Counted from the first letter of the stretch, positions 11,409 to 25,328 are shown. The stretch is 64,000 nt of DNA from Ramazzottius varieornatus (GCA_001949185.1 BDGG01000001.1:4329624-4393623); one strand, 5' to 3'. Numbers and translations are program-made. The notes: a model not told the origin generated them from the sequence alone.

Positions 11409-14400
11409 CTACAAAATAGTGCAGAATTTTGTACGAGTCTTTTGAAATGCTTTCAGGCTCTTATGGCGATACAAAGCATCTGGTTGTTCGTAATTCAAGC
11501 TTTGATGGAGGTCCGTAGCCGACTTCGACCTTCGCTTCTGCAGGGAATAGTTGATACTGACGGGGCTCTCATTTTGGTCCTCGATTCTTGTACTCAGTGG
11601 CTCCATCTCTATAAGGCTCCCGTTTAACTGGATGCCGGGAACAGGGACTACCTCGCTCGCCACCTTGTTTGAGGTTCCCCGAGTCACAAGCCAAACAGCA
11701 ACCGGTTCCGGCTTGCCTTTCATGACCACTTGGTCGTGGAACTTGAAGTCGAGCTCGGTGAGCGTTTGATTACTTTCGTGGACCCGACTGGAAAGACAAA
11801 CCAATGAACAACGTTACAGTAAAGGTCGGAAAATTCATTGAACTGGCCAGAGGCCCAGAGCTGGTCTTACGTGTAGGTCTCTTCTGTGACATTGATAAAT
11901 CCCCTCTTGCCGTACGCCGCTGTTCGGCTGGTCAGGTTGATCGTGTCGCCAAACCTGCAAGTTTGATGGACAGAGCATAAGCAAGTCCAGCCGCTGGTGA
12001 GCCCCGACGGCGTCACGGAGGTATTCCTAGCCGCCGGCGAGAAAGGGTCCAACAATTTTGAGTAGGGTCGACTCAAGACCCTGAGCGTTGTTAGGGGTCA
12101 CGAGGTCAGCCACCTCCAAAGTTAAGAACAAATGAGGGCGAAAGATAACAGATTTCCCAGCTGGGAAGACATTCTCAGATTTAACCACCAACTGACGACA
12201 AACAACGAAATTCTATTGGCGATAAATACAATATTTCATCAACTATCAAGATAGAACTTGGGCCAGTTGTTGAAAAGACAGCTGCTGAGCTGTCTAGTTT
12301 CATCTTTAGTGCGGAAGTAGTTTCACGAGACCAGTTTCATCAGTAGCTGCTGATTCCTGATTCGCTGTGCTTTCAGTTTCATCTCGCGTGAACGGTAACA
12401 TTTGTTTGCGACCATTTTTCAGAAGCGGTTTAGGAGGACGATGTGCTTAGGTGGATTCTCTGTTCTTGGTAACGGTTGTAATTGGGGTTTTCTTTGTTTT
12501 GGTGAGTTGTGCCAACGGTCCGTTAATTGGTGTCCCCAGCTCTTTTTAGTCAAACTGTCTAAAAGTCCTTCTACTTACTAGTGCTAAATGTTCGTCCTCC
12601 AACGAAGTTTTGATATAATATCACTAAATATAGTAGATGCAAAAAGGCATCTACTGTGTCCTACTCTTAGTATAAAATATAGTATTGCGATAAATATGAT
12701 GCAATGTTTTGTGATAAATATCTCTGAATATTGATGTTTCGTTTTCGATATACAGTACATATCAATAGTTCGGGGTGATTAAGATTCTGACATTCAATTT
12801 TCGATGTATCAGATTTTATTGCAGTAATATGTCGATATATCAAGCTAGTACCAGTTAGTAAGAATTATCGAAATCAAGAAAGAGCCGAAGAGATAAAAGG
12901 TTGACTGAGGCGAGTAAGCACGTTGCTTGATCAATCAACGTCTGCCGTCATGCTGTCTAGTTCGCCGACGTGTAGATGGAGGCATGTGCATGATGACCCC
13001 GACCCGGAGCATCTATTCCCGATTCTCGGTACAGGTTTGCGGTTTATCGATATATCAGTAATATATCGATATATCAGTAATATATCGATGTAGAGCGATA
13101 TGGTACAATTTATTTTTAGTTATCATATTCCCCTCGGTGATATCCTGTCCATACGAGTATCGGCGGCCCAATTTGGCGACAAACTCTTCTCACACTGACT
13201 TAGCCTTTTCTGACATTGAATTCTTAGGAATATTTAGGGGCATCGATATCGCCGCACCGGATGATAAGCTCGCCCTGCTTCGCCACAGCTTATCCTGGTT
13301 CCACAAGGAATATCTTAAGTTAGTAATATACCCAGATATCATAAGTTCAAATACGAGGTAAACGACATAATTCTAGCATACCGATTTTCGCACCATAATT
13401 CGGGCAACGCGAAAAGTTTGAAGATCATCGTCAACGCTTGATTCATCTCTCATCGTACGCATGTTGATACAACATTAGGCTTTTTGACGTTGGACAGACC
13501 CATCTCTCTCCCAGGCCAAATTCCCGTGCTCCACAACGCTTTGTCGTTCTCAAACCTGTTGAAACCTCGAGGAGGGGGACCGGTCTACCTCAGGAAACAA
13601 GAACCAGTTCATTACGTGCAGCAAGAGCTGAGAAAAAATATGCCCGAATTACGAGTGAAAACTACTATGCCGAATTATGGCGTTTACCTCGTATCCGGAA
13701 ACCACTCTTTTTGACAAATATTGAAATCTAGATCTGGAGGCCAGTCTTCGGCTTTACGGGGTATGCTATGTTGTGCTGCATAGATTTTGCTGTCTTGTGC
13801 GCAGCGCATGCGGCCAGATTCCGTGCGCTAGTTAGGAATACCCCTGAGCTTCGAAGTATCGAAAGCGGACACTTACAGGCAGTACCGAGGCATACGACTC
13901 CCAATGATTCCTGGAATCAATACGCTCGGGTTAATCAGAGAATTTAGTAGTACCAGTAACTCAGTAATTCAGCAGAATGTGTTTCTTGGCCAATCCACCT
14001 CACGGAGACACGGACCTGCCACAATTTCTCCAGAATGGATGCCGATCGTTGTCTGTAAAGAAGAAAGCGATACGGCAAAAAACCTACTCAACCCAGCGTA
14101 TACAAGTGGATTTTTTACAGGTTAAATTCTAAAGGATTCCGATAATGTTTAGTCGAATGACATGAAATTGTTACCTTGAGAGCACGAGTTGCGTCAGTGA
14201 CATCATCGATCCGCTCGCATCTATCGACTAGATCGAGTGCCAGATTCGCTATGGCTAAGGCGTGGTCCTCCACTATGACCGGACATCCACTGACCACGAT
14301 GTAGTTGTCCGCAATGGTTTCGACCTATAACACAAAAACATCTTTGAGGAAGAATCCACCTGTGGGATGTCTCGGGGGAGGTTGGACCGTTCACGCAGCC

Positions 14401-17226
14401 TACCTTGTAAACTTTGGAGTGGACACGAGGATCCAAAATGGCATCAAACATCGTATACAGTCGATTGAGGAACCTGACTATCTCAATAGGATGATGGGTC
14501 GAAGAGAAGGCAGCAAACCCATCGACGCTACTGAACATAAGCGTAACGTCATCGTAGCGAAGACTGGGAATGGTCCGTTTGCACCGTAGATCGTCAGCAA
14601 TGGCGGGTGGCACCACCGAGTAGATCAACCTGGAATAATCAAAAATTAGAAGGAGGAAAATTAATACCATTGTTCATCATGTCTGACAAAAAATTGAAAA
14701 TCCGATAATATGTCAAATGAGAAACCGGCAAATGAAACATGCAAAACTTCTATCCCGAGTGGCGCTGATTCTGGCCAATAACAAGTGTAAAATGCGCTAC
14801 TTGAAATGATGTTTTTAGGGTACAGTTTTCGTTTGCCGACTTCCAAGATAAATATGCGACTATGGACTCTTATGAAACTGACCGGTCGGTTTTCTTCTTT
14901 TCCGTTTCAAGTTCTTCCAGCCGAGACTGCATGACTTGCGTCATGGCTTCCATCTGCTTCGCCGCTTCCTGCTCTTTGGCGAAGACTTCCGACATGAGGA
15001 TCAAATCCTTCACGGCATCGTGAACCGGGATATCGGTCAGGTACACGCCTTGTTCGAACAGATCCTGTAAATCGGTGGCTGACGGCGAACAAAGGAATAT
15101 TACGGTATTAGATTGCCATTGATATGTCATTCGTCCCCTGAGTTTCAACGGCTTTGTCGTCGTCGCCACTCTCTGTCTCAGGACATACGTCGTATTGATC
15201 AGGGCCAGGATATTCATGAATGAAAAGCCCGTCAGGCGAGGTCTGACTATCTCAAACATGGAGTCAATCGTCAAGCCTTGTTTCAAAAGGCCGTCACTGG
15301 ACTGGAAGAGTCGCCGCACCACGTTCCCACATGACGTGATCTCTAGGTCGCGGTTGAACGTAATGTGAAACGGGAACAAGTGCGAGAAACTCTGCGGGCT
15401 GATCAAGCTTTTAGTGGAGTTCACTGGACGAGGAACGTTCGATTCTTGTCTATCGATTTCTTTCTGCTTCGAACTCATGGTTATAAAGAAGCAAATTTCA
15501 CCCGGGTCTTGCTCTTCCTCCTGGTCTGTCGAGACTTCGACTTGGCAATCGACATTGAACAACTGTTTCAGAGAAGCTTTCAAGACACCTACGACTACGG
15601 GACCTAGGCCTGGACGAGTGGAGTAGTAGTGAAGGTAGAACTCTGTGCCGTCACCCCATTCGTCTCGCGTGACGCGGAAGGAAGGTGCGTGGTACCCGAC
15701 GAACGTGGTGGATAAGTGATCGTGGAGGCCATCGAGTTGTTCGAGAAAGTCCATGGGAGTCCCGCCGAGAGCATAAAGTAGCTTGTCGTAGCCAATCTCC
15801 ACGCAGAACTCAAAGAAGAACCCACCAAAAAGCTCTAGAATGGCCGCAGCAGGAACTCCTGCAACAATAGTCACAAAGTGTCAGGTCATCATCGAATACA
15901 AAGAAACTACGTATATGTAATCGCATAAATTAGTTTCGACCGTTTTTCTACAGGTTGCATAATCTGTTCTTTCTTCCGGAGAACTGTTTCTTACCGAGAA
16001 CTTTCTCTGCTGAAGCCACCAGATGGTAAGTGACCTCATCTGCATAACGCTCGTGCATGGCGAAGGTATTCGGAACATGATTTCCGGCTTCGCTCCTGTA
16101 ACACAAAATTCTAGACGAAATTCAATGTTAACAACGCAAGCCTAGCTTCCTAGCCATGGCACATTTTGCAACGGTGGAAAAATCTTTGGATTCTATTTGA
16201 CTCTTCAGTCGGAACTATGCTGTCCGAGCATCTGCTGGGTTTCGTCAAGCGGCGCAATGTTTTTGGCGGAAAACCCTCGTTAGGCTTACATCTTAGCGGC
16301 ACGAGCATGAAAACCATTTCTTCTACTCAATACTAACTCAGATGCGGATTTTGGAGAGAGTCATCGCGTACATTTCAGTCTCTCGAAAATGCGCCGGAGC
16401 CAGCTGGTCCATCGCGCGGGTTTCTCGATTCAGTCGAAATGGGTGATTATGCAGCGATTCCACTTCTCGTAACTGGCGCGTTTTTGCTCTTTACGAAAAT
16501 TTTCCATCTCGTTCGAGTATATATACTTAATTATCATAAATTCACAACGAATACAATAATGAAGAGGTAGCTACAATAATGGAGATGCTAGAACGGATGC
16601 GGACGCGATGGTCATTAGTACGTCCTCTATAACCATGAGCGTTATCGCTCATGTCGGACGCGGTGCATTTCGCACTTTTCGTATATAAAAGTCATTACGA
16701 GAAGCTATCACGGACTTCCGTCAAGAGCTCCGAAATGAGTGATTCCACTTCTCCTGTCATAACCGACTCGAAATGATCGAAAGTAGAACCACTCATTACG
16801 GAGCTCCTGACGGAGGTCCGTACTGGTTCTCCGTGATGAAGTGGAATCGCTGCATACACTGCAATCCTGGTGAGCGGAACTCTATGAAAATCAATCTCTC
16901 GAGCCGTACCTGACGGACTCCCAGGTCGCTGCTCCAAATTTTCTTGTTATGAGTTGTTCGATGGCGCAATTGATAAGTCCGTACTACAGAAGCAGAAAAT
17001 TGTGTTAACGTAACTGAATTCGACAAAGAAATTTGAATCAAGACTAAATTGGATGGCAGAAAACAATTTCGGGAGGACTGCTGTCCGAAGTGCCGCAGTC
17101 TCTAGTAACTGGCTCGAAACGCGCGCGACGTGAAATGGCAACCATCCCAAGATCGTTTGCCGGCCCCCGAAACCCCCTTTTTTGAAACTGAAACACGGAG
17201 AACGGATAGAGTCAAACACTTGCCAT
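11409..17226 (-). CDS. Soluble guanylyl cyclase, beta-type, paralogue 2
   Basis: Probable ATG|gcaagt at 17226 (GC donor). Exon 16983-16910 reads [51 protein letters not shown]|FGDTINLTSRT; ends CTIL. Confidence 0.9.
13045..13089. repeat. 19-bp tandem repeat (tatcgatatatcagtaata, ~2.3 copies) in an AT-rich intronic tract
   Basis: Read directly from the sequence. Confidence 0.7.
13354..13691. mobile_element. Mariner/Tc1-type MITE (~340 bp) with TA target duplication, in the long sGC-2 intron
   Basis: TA|cgaggtaaacgacataattc ... gaattatggcgtttacctcg|TA; imperfect TIRs of about 55 bp. Confidence 0.75.
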
Positions 17227-17942
17227 GCTTGTACTAAAATTCGCGTAACAATCGGGCCAATGCGCAGTGATCAACAAAACATCGCGCCTCAAGAACGGGG
17301 AAGAAAAGCCCACTCAAAAGGGTATTCCTCACATTGAACCTGTTGCCACATTTCTTGGTCGACCTACAAGACGGGGAAACAGAACTATTGCTACAGGTTT
17401 AGTAACTGCAGTTTCTACTTGAATGAAGAAGACCTTTACCAGCTCAAAGACAGGCAACTCGAGTATAATCACCCTCCTCTTATGAAGCCCGATCCCGATG
17501 ACAGGAAGATCGAAGCTGCGCTGGTCCATCAATAGCCTGATTGGGTATCGATACGGTTCCCAGACCAGGCTTTCCTTCCCGGTCGAGGTACAGGGCAGGA
17601 CGGAACAAGCTTTACAAATGGGTGTCAACGAAATCAGGTGGCTATTGCCAATCGGGATGAGCATCGGTTTGTCTGAAATTTTAATTTGTTGCCAGTATTT
17701 GAAGCGCTACGCCCATTTTTGGAAGCTTGTTTTGTCCTGCACTGTACTCAGCATTCAGCAGTCAAGAAAAATCCCCGGGGTCCAAACCCCCGAAACCGAT
17801 TCCTGAACAACCGTCTTATTAACACTCTGCGTACGACCGTCCTCTTTGTGTATACAATCACTCAGTTTTATTCACCTCTCAGTTTTAGCTATTGGTCTTT
17901 CTGGTCTGGGTCTTTTTGTTTGCATGTACCTCGGTCTTCTCA

Positions 17943-20353
17943 CAAGGGATTAACGCCAGTCTGTCCACTCTGATCCTCAAACCAATATGATAGCATGATA
18001 GAGCAGAGTTTGCTCATCAAACTGAGATAAACTAAATCGGCGAAATAAAATCCTGGAAGACGCCACAGGAAGCGGACGTGACGTCAAATTCAGGGCGAAT
18101 CACCAGTGTGACAGCAAATCAACTGATTTGATTGCCTGATGGGTGATTTGATATTGATTGAACCAGTTGCGCTTGTACTCTACGCTAAGCCAAGCGCGAT
18201 CAGTTTTGCTGTGCCTGTTGCTTCATTGCTCTTACATTCATCATTCCGTTACTGCGGGATTTCCACTGTCGCCCGAAATGGATTTCGTTAATCCGATGAA
18301 TGTGTTGAAGCTTCTGGAGGAGGACCACAAGCAGCTCTTCCAACTGGATGGACAACCGAGCGAGGCTGATAAGCAGTTAAAAGAACTCGTCAGAGGTATT
18401 GTACTGTTGCCGTTTACTATGGCTGACATTGATATGAGATATTCCACCTGTTTTTGTTTCAGAATTTATGGATGTTGAAATCAACCGAGCAGGTAGTTCT
18501 TCGTTGGCACTTGAAGAAGACCTGCAATATGAAATGCAAACAGACATGCAGACGTTCGACGAGTTCGAGAAGTTGGTTGCTGCGTCTAATCAGCTGGCTG
18601 AACCCGACGAAAATCCTAGCCAAGAAGATAAAGTCGTCGAGCCTCTCTCCAGTGGAACGGAACCATCGTCCAACGAATTCTATGTCCCGCGAATACCGAA
18701 CCCAAAACAGCCGCCAAGTAACGCAGTCACCCTCGACTACAAGAAACGCTCCGTCGATTTCTGGAGGAATGTCGCTACGAAGAAACGACGTAGCCTTTCG
18801 TGTGTCCAGACCATGTTCAAGAAAGTCACAAGTATTCGACAACTCCAAGAATGGGAACGACATGTTGCTGAGGGCGGTTCCAGATATGATAAGCTGAAGG
18901 CGCTGCGTTTGGAGACTGGCAAGCAGTTCTTCCTGGCCAAGCAGAAGCCTCATATTGTGAAAGATATGGATATTCGACGTTGGACTGTTACTGCGAACCG
19001 AACCATTGGCCTGGTAGATTTCATGGCGTCTCCGGATTGGGTGGGAAAGTTGAAGAGGTAAACACATTGAAGTATTAAAATGAAATATGTATCATTGCTT
19101 ACGCAGATCACTTCAACCGAGAATTTCGCTCACGAGTTACTGCGCCACACTAACGGGATCGATATTGTAGGTATTACGGCATCGTCGATCGGAAGATCAC
19201 CAAGTTCGTGACCGACAAGTACATTCAAGAAGCCCCGCAAGTAAAGAACACTGCGGAGGAGTGTGTCGCCCTTGTCAGATCGAGGATCTCAGATTACGGC
19301 TTGGACTGTATGTGGAACACGGATCAGTCTGGGTTCGATTACGAGATGAGACCAGGGCGCACACTGCATCTGGCCGGCGCAAAACATGTTCTTGCGGTCT
19401 GTCAGTCGGAGAACTCCATGATGCATGGCTACACGGTTATGATGACCATTTCGCCCGCCATGCGCAAGTTTCTCCCACAACTGTGGATCACTCTCCAGGA
19501 GGACAAAGGCGTTTTCGGTCCTATGGTGGCAAGGACAATGTTTAAAGCTGACAACCTGTATGTCACTGCTTCGGCTTCGGGCAAGATGACAAAGAAGCTC
19601 TACTTGGAATAGTGTGAAAAGATATTGTTTTCTCATGTGGAAGATCGCTGCATTCTGCTGGCCGATTCGTGGAGAACCTATTCTGACTAGGACGCTGTTT
19701 TGGAATTCAAGCCTGAAGAACTGGAATACGAAATGATCACGATTCCTTCGAAAGTGACTGGTGATATCCAACCACTGGACAGACTCTTCTTCCGAATGTA
19801 TAAAGACTTCTTCCGGAAGATCTCCAGTTTCATCATTTTGCACAGCCTTCCACTTCAAGTTCATCATCGAGACGTAATCCTCAAGATGCATTCTGTGGTT
19901 TACCAACAGTTCCAGTCTCCCCGGTTTGGAGACCTAGTCAACCAGGCCTGGCACCTGTGCGGCTATACTGACGAGTCCTTTGACTATGTAAATCCTACCG
20001 AATTCTCTTTCCCCAAGAAGTTGACTGGTCATTGCGACCATGAAAACTGCGACGACCGGCTTTTGCTTAAGTGCGGCTGGTGCAAAGCTCCTCTCTGCTT
20101 CCATCACTTCTACGATCAGTATCACCTCTGTAAAATTTATCTTCCATGAGTTCTGTGAAATTATAGACTGTGCTAGTATAGTTGGTCATGTCATGTCGAT
20201 GTTAGGATTTGACGTCACTTCCGCTTCCTGTGGCGTCTTCCAGGATTTTATTTCGCCGATTTAGTTTATCTCAGTTTGTGGAGCGAACTCTGCTCTATCA
20301 TGCTATCATATTGGTTTGAGGATCAGAGTGGACAGACTGGCGTTAATCCCTTG
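17943..20353 (+). mobile_element. Tc4/Tc5-like (pogo-related) DNA transposon, 2.4 kb, 147-bp TIRs, TCA target-site duplication
   Basis: TIRs 17943-18089 and 20207-20353 begin CAAGGGATTAACG. Flanks c-tca[...]tca-g reconstruct a CTNAG target. Internal DDE-type transposase. Confidence 0.92.
18278..20149 (+). pseudogene. Intron-containing DD37D transposase with two in-frame TAG stops
   Basis: HTH region ASPDWVGKLKR; triad WNTDQSGF / LADSW / IQPLD; TAG at 19610-19612 and 19688-19690; introns ~18396-18462 and ~19058-19170; Cys/His-rich C-terminus. Confidence 0.85.
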
Positions 20354-21123
20354 TCAGCAAAGCAACACTAATGATCAGCGGTCAACAAAACCCCAGCACG
20401 CTGGAAGTTTTTCTACGGTTTCGGGTGGTTTGGGTGAAATTTGGTGTTTCGTCTCTTCGTGCGACACACGTGCACGGTATTCGCTTAGGAAGAAAATCAA
20501 GACGACCAGTTCTCCCTTTTGAGATTTGGCGTTCATGGCCTGCCAATTATCCGAATTTCGAAATTTCGAAAATTGTCTATTGGTTGGACCAGCCGATAAA
20601 ATTCCTGTATACACAAAGAGGACGGTACTATTCTGCAAACATGAAAACGATCGTGCTGAAAGTGTTAAGTAGTCAATGTTCCGGATCATGGACCGCCGAA
20701 AGTCGATCGCAGTTTTGAGACTCTAATATTTCGCCCAATTACCGCTACCTTTTTCTTATCTCGAAGTGTGGAGGAAAGTTTTCTTGTGGGAAGGCACGTT
20801 CTTGGGTTATACCAAGGTTATACTGTAATATAATCACCGCACCCATCCATGGTACTTGCAAGTTGCAACTCCCCGAACTCACAGAGCGAGCCGCTGGCGA
20901 GCCGCAGGCGAGCCTTTCGCTGCTTAATTATATCGGGGATTCTACCGCACTTACAAGCTCGCAGGCTGTCAGTAATATTCTGCATTCTGTGAGAATGTGG
21001 CAAAAAAACGTAGCTCTTTGTTAGCCCTGAAAAACATGAGAATACAACTTCCCATAATGAACAAGCGTTATTCTATGATGGATAAATGTTATATGTTATT
21101 ACAATGTTATAAAATGACGAAAG

Positions 21124-24100
21124 TCAAACACGCGGTCCACGATCGTCCGTAGAGAACAGGATTGTCATCTTCTTCTTCTTCTTGGACGTCTTGCCACCCG
21201 TCCGGACAGGAGCCTGCTCGCTAGCCACCTGTAAACGGCTGAACGCGGCATCCAAGCCCGAAGAGAAGGTACGAGCAAAGTCCGGCACTGGGTGACCAGC
21301 TTCCCCTTCGCCACCGCTGTTCTCCTCCTGGCTGAAATTTCTCTGTCGTCCGCCGGTCGATGTACTTGGCTGTCCCGAGACAGCAGTGCTGGTTGACAGA
21401 CTTGGCATGCTTCTCTGCACTTTTCCGTCACGCAACATCTGTAATGAAATACTTTTATGATTGTACCCACGTAGGTATGTCATTAAGTCGTTTTGCCGAA
21501 ATGGAAGCTTACCTGAGCGAAGGAGCGCAAACTCGAAGCGGTATCATCCTTCGATGGTGAAGAAGAGGGCGGAGGAGAAGGCTCACTGCCAACCACCGGG
21601 AACATCTCCTGGGAAGACAAGTCGAGGTCTTCGCGACGGACGCTGGTGTCGCGCTGACGGCGAATGATGTCGCCTTGTAGACTGAACAGCGTCTGACCAC
21701 GAATGTCACGTCGGAAAGCGTTCTCAGCAGTCTTCCGCGCTCCTTCCTCCTCTCTTCAAAATTTATTAAAGCATCAAAGCAATGGCACTGTCAAAGGTAG
21801 ATTATTGGATCCACGGGGAAGTTACCTCGTTTTCATGGCGCGCATCATTTCGCGCTGTTGAACCTCCGGTTCAAAAGCATGCATCACTTCTTCGCTGATG
21901 TATGGCGGCTTCAAGTCCAGCTCCACCAATTGAATAACACAAGTCAGGGGCAAGTGCGACAAGTACCGATATCTAAGGGTAAGACAAGTCCGATACCAAA
22001 AAGTATGAGAGAGTGACTAGCTCAAAGTGTGCTGAAAAATCAACGAGGACGAATCATAAAGTACAACTTACCGTTTACGGACTTCTTCGGTGACACTCCA
22101 GGTCTCGACTTCCAGGACCTGGCTGGTGATTTCTGGCGGAGACTGGCTCAGCTGTCCGTATTGCGCATTCAGCATGCGAACGTTAATGGGATGGAGGTAG
22201 ACGTGTTGTCCGTTGGCCGACTGGTAGAAGTAGCTCGTGCTATGCGGTGCATTCTTTCCCCTCTTTCCACCATCGTTCTCCTTCTTCTTAGTCACTTCCA
22301 CACTGCCACTGGACGACGAGGCAGAGACCGGGCTTCCCACCACCGTTTTATGGGCCATAGGTCCAACATCTTCCGCTTCTTCATCGGAGAAGGCCGAAGA
22401 GTACACCTTCTTCGGCGCGATCTCCATCACCTTCGAAACCTTCTCGTCTAGCTTTTGCTACAATCACAAAGACCAATCGATTCATATCTTCATAACAACA
22501 GACAAAACTGCAAAAACAACACTGGACGTTTCCTGCAAAAGGAAGTTTGGCAAACAAACTCGACCAGATTGTTTTTCAAGGTGCGCACTCTTTCGGCGAG
22601 TTACACTACATGTATACGCCAGTTATAAAAACGATCCGATCTACTGCAGCTGGTTTGCCGGGCTCTCAAATATTTCTAGTTCCATATTGATTACCGTTTG
22701 ATCAGACGTTTCCTCCAAAGATGGCGGTGGACTTTTAGCCAGCTTCTGAACTCTTTCATGGAGACTCTTTAGTGCCGCCTCGAGGAAACAGGCTTCGGGA
22801 GTGTCGCCTTCAGTGGCCATGGCAAACAGCAGCTCGCTTTCCTCCTGCGAAACAGCTTACTGTCAGAATTTCTAATTTCTAATCTGGATTCGGTTTTGCG
22901 TTTTCTACCTTTGCGACGATCTGTTGTTGAATCTGTTCAGGTTTGATAGTGAGTATCTTCGAGAATGCTAGCGACGCTTGATCTTCCTTCAGGTTGTAGA
23001 AGACACCCAGCCGGTCCTCGTACTCCGTCGCCGGAAAAGGCCAGACACTTCCCCGTTGGCACAGCATCAGGCGCATCGTCACATCCATCCCACCCTTGAT
23101 CAGAGGCCTCATCTGGCTGGAAAAGCTCTTCAGGTCCCTCTCGTAGACGGAGTCGTAGCAGATAGGACATTTGCGGTATCCGAGGTCGGACAGGGCTAAG
23201 TAGTGCAAGATGCACGGCCAGCAGAAGACGTGACCACATCGCGTGATCTTGGCAGCCACCGGCTCATGCAGGCAGATCGGACATGACAGCTCTTCGTGCC
23301 CGTAGCTCCTCTGCAAAACACCTCGTATAATACCTAATATATAACTGAATACCCCACCAAAAGTAACATACCAAGATGAACAACCGAATGATCAGCAGTT
23401 TTTTCGGAATACTAGACGCACTTACAATCTGTTCGATATTGTTCCAGTCCACCAACACATCGGGATCGACATGATGCACCGCGTAATCTCCGTCTTCCCG
23501 CACGACAAACTGGCAACTAATAGCAGAAAGAAGTTACGGTCTGTTCTGTTTGGAAGAACTGTTGGAAGTAACTTACTTCGCCTGCATGAACTGTTCCTTG
23601 CTGTAGGTCCTGATTTGACCACCGTGCTGACCAGTCAAGTTTCTTTCCCAGCGCGTGTTCTGACCCTGACTTCCGCCTCGTGTGCGCCCAACGTACTCTT
23701 CCTCCCGTCTCCGATTGTAGTCCAGATTCAACAAGTGCGCATAGTTATGCTTGCGCGAACCCTGTTCCAAGCCATTGATACCTAGCTCTTCGAAGGATCC
23801 CAGGCCTGATGGCTGAATTCCTCCGCCTCTGTTGGGCCCACCGGAGAACAACGACACACCGCCACCTCCTCGGTTCCCGCGAGCTTGACCGCCACGGTTA
23901 TTCTGGTTAGATGTGGCACTCGAGCGTCCCGAGCCTCTGACATTACATTGATGGCTGCTGCCTGCGGACGGAACAGAGAGAGCAGGCTGATGAGATGCGG
24001 GCACGAAGACACTGGCAGCTGAAACAACGAAATCAAATCAATCAACCCGAGTCAACAATGAGGTAGCAGCTACCACCACCGGATGTAGCAACTACCACAG

Positions 24101-24399
24101 TACTCAACACAGTGGCTTCCGCTGATTGCAGCTTTCTTTTAGATTCGCCGGAAGTCAAGATCATTTTTTAAAAAATATCCGCACGGGCGACGTGGAACAG
24201 CTGATTCCAGATTTCTAACATCTTCCTCTCTTCCACGAGAATTTGTCTCCGAACCAACGGACTTACCAGGATTGAGTCGTCCGCTGTTTGAGAGTCTGCT
24301 GAAGCCACCTTGGTTGCCACCCGAGGCATTCCCCGCATTGCGTTTGGCAACCTTGTCCATGCTGCGATCGCTGACTAACTCTACTTGTTCCCTTTGCAT
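21124..24399 (-). CDS. RNF10: RING finger E3 ligase RNF10 (Mag2-like), multi-exon
   Basis: YSKEQFMQA, DPDVLVDWNNIEQI, CPICLHEPVAAKITRCGHVFCWPCILHYL...KCPIC, YFYQSANGQHVYLHPINVRML, C-terminal KKKKKMTILFST. The start may instead be 24360. Confidence 0.92.
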
Positions 24400-24619
24400 G
24401 GGATAACTTCAACGAGTGGGTCTCACGGACCTTGACGGTCTTCCGTGTGACGAGGGATGGTTCCAGAAGAAGGAAATCGTTACATACTCTCAGGCGTTCA
24501 GAATATTCCATTGTGTAGGAGCAGCTTACAAATCCATTCTCAAACTACAATGCAAACTGCTAAATAAATTGCAGATTTCGATGAGTAAGTGTTGAAAGAC
24601 GGAAGACGTGAGAATAGAG

Positions 24620-25133
24620 GGACGCCTGTCCCGAGGTTGAGGGCGAGGAGCGGATGAGAGTCGCAGGGCACTTTGGTCCGGAAGGTCCGTGAACTGAATA
24701 TGACTAGTGAATTTACTGAAAATTGAATTCAAAACTTTTCTGGGCTGAAAATTCTGCACGCTGTTGCGTAGCCTAGCGTAGGGTTTTCCCTCCGTTCGGT
24801 TTGTTCAGTGACGCCACTATCATACATCCCAGGCTCCCAAGCTGTATCACACATCCCAGATGGAGCCACGGAGGTACGTGTATGAGTGGTCGTTGTAGTG
24901 GTGGTCTTGATGATTTTTCAAGCGATGCGCTTGTTGCCTTCGTTGATTTGCCCAGCCAGCTTACCCATCTCTGGCCTCCATCTTGCGCATCTCCTCCTCG
25001 AACTGGGCAGAATGCCCGCCGAAATCCTGTTCGATGACGCTGGTGCATGTTGTGCTGCCTTATAGAGATGCGTTCGCTTCCACAATTCCACTTCTTCCGC
25101 CTTATTTGCCTTATTATCTGTCCTGTTTGCCAT
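24620..25133 (-). pseudogene. Decayed small heat-shock protein gene (HSP-25/Hsp21.4-like)
   Basis: Fragments spread over frames: ERISIRQHN / SVIEQDFGGHSAQFEEEMRKMEA / EMGKL...KTTTTTTTHT / GGKTLR* / SVQNFQPRKV; several frameshifts and stops. Confidence 0.6.
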
Positions 25134-25328
25134 TTACGCCAGACGAAAATCAGGACCTCTAAGTAAAAATTACGGCACGATACTAAAGACTTTGGATTTT
25201 ATTAAGTTTCCTTCACGACAGGCCCTGTTCCTGGAGCACTGACACAGTGCCACGGCACGAACACAGTTTTTGGGATGAAATACAATTCTGCCTAAAGAAC
25301 AAATTCGACGAATATGCAACTGCATAAA

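Noticed and set aside
12019-13845. One large TIR element (ggtattccta...taggaatacc) filling the sGC-2 intron
   Set aside because: Only about 10 bp match and no convincing target-site duplication.
19610-19690. Stop-codon readthrough or an alternative genetic code in the transposase
   Set aside because: Both TAGs can arise by single transitions (TGG, CAG), and host genes in the window end with TAG normally.
18459-19906. Minus-strand ORFs of 202 and 205 aa
   Set aside because: Antisense shadows of the transposase.
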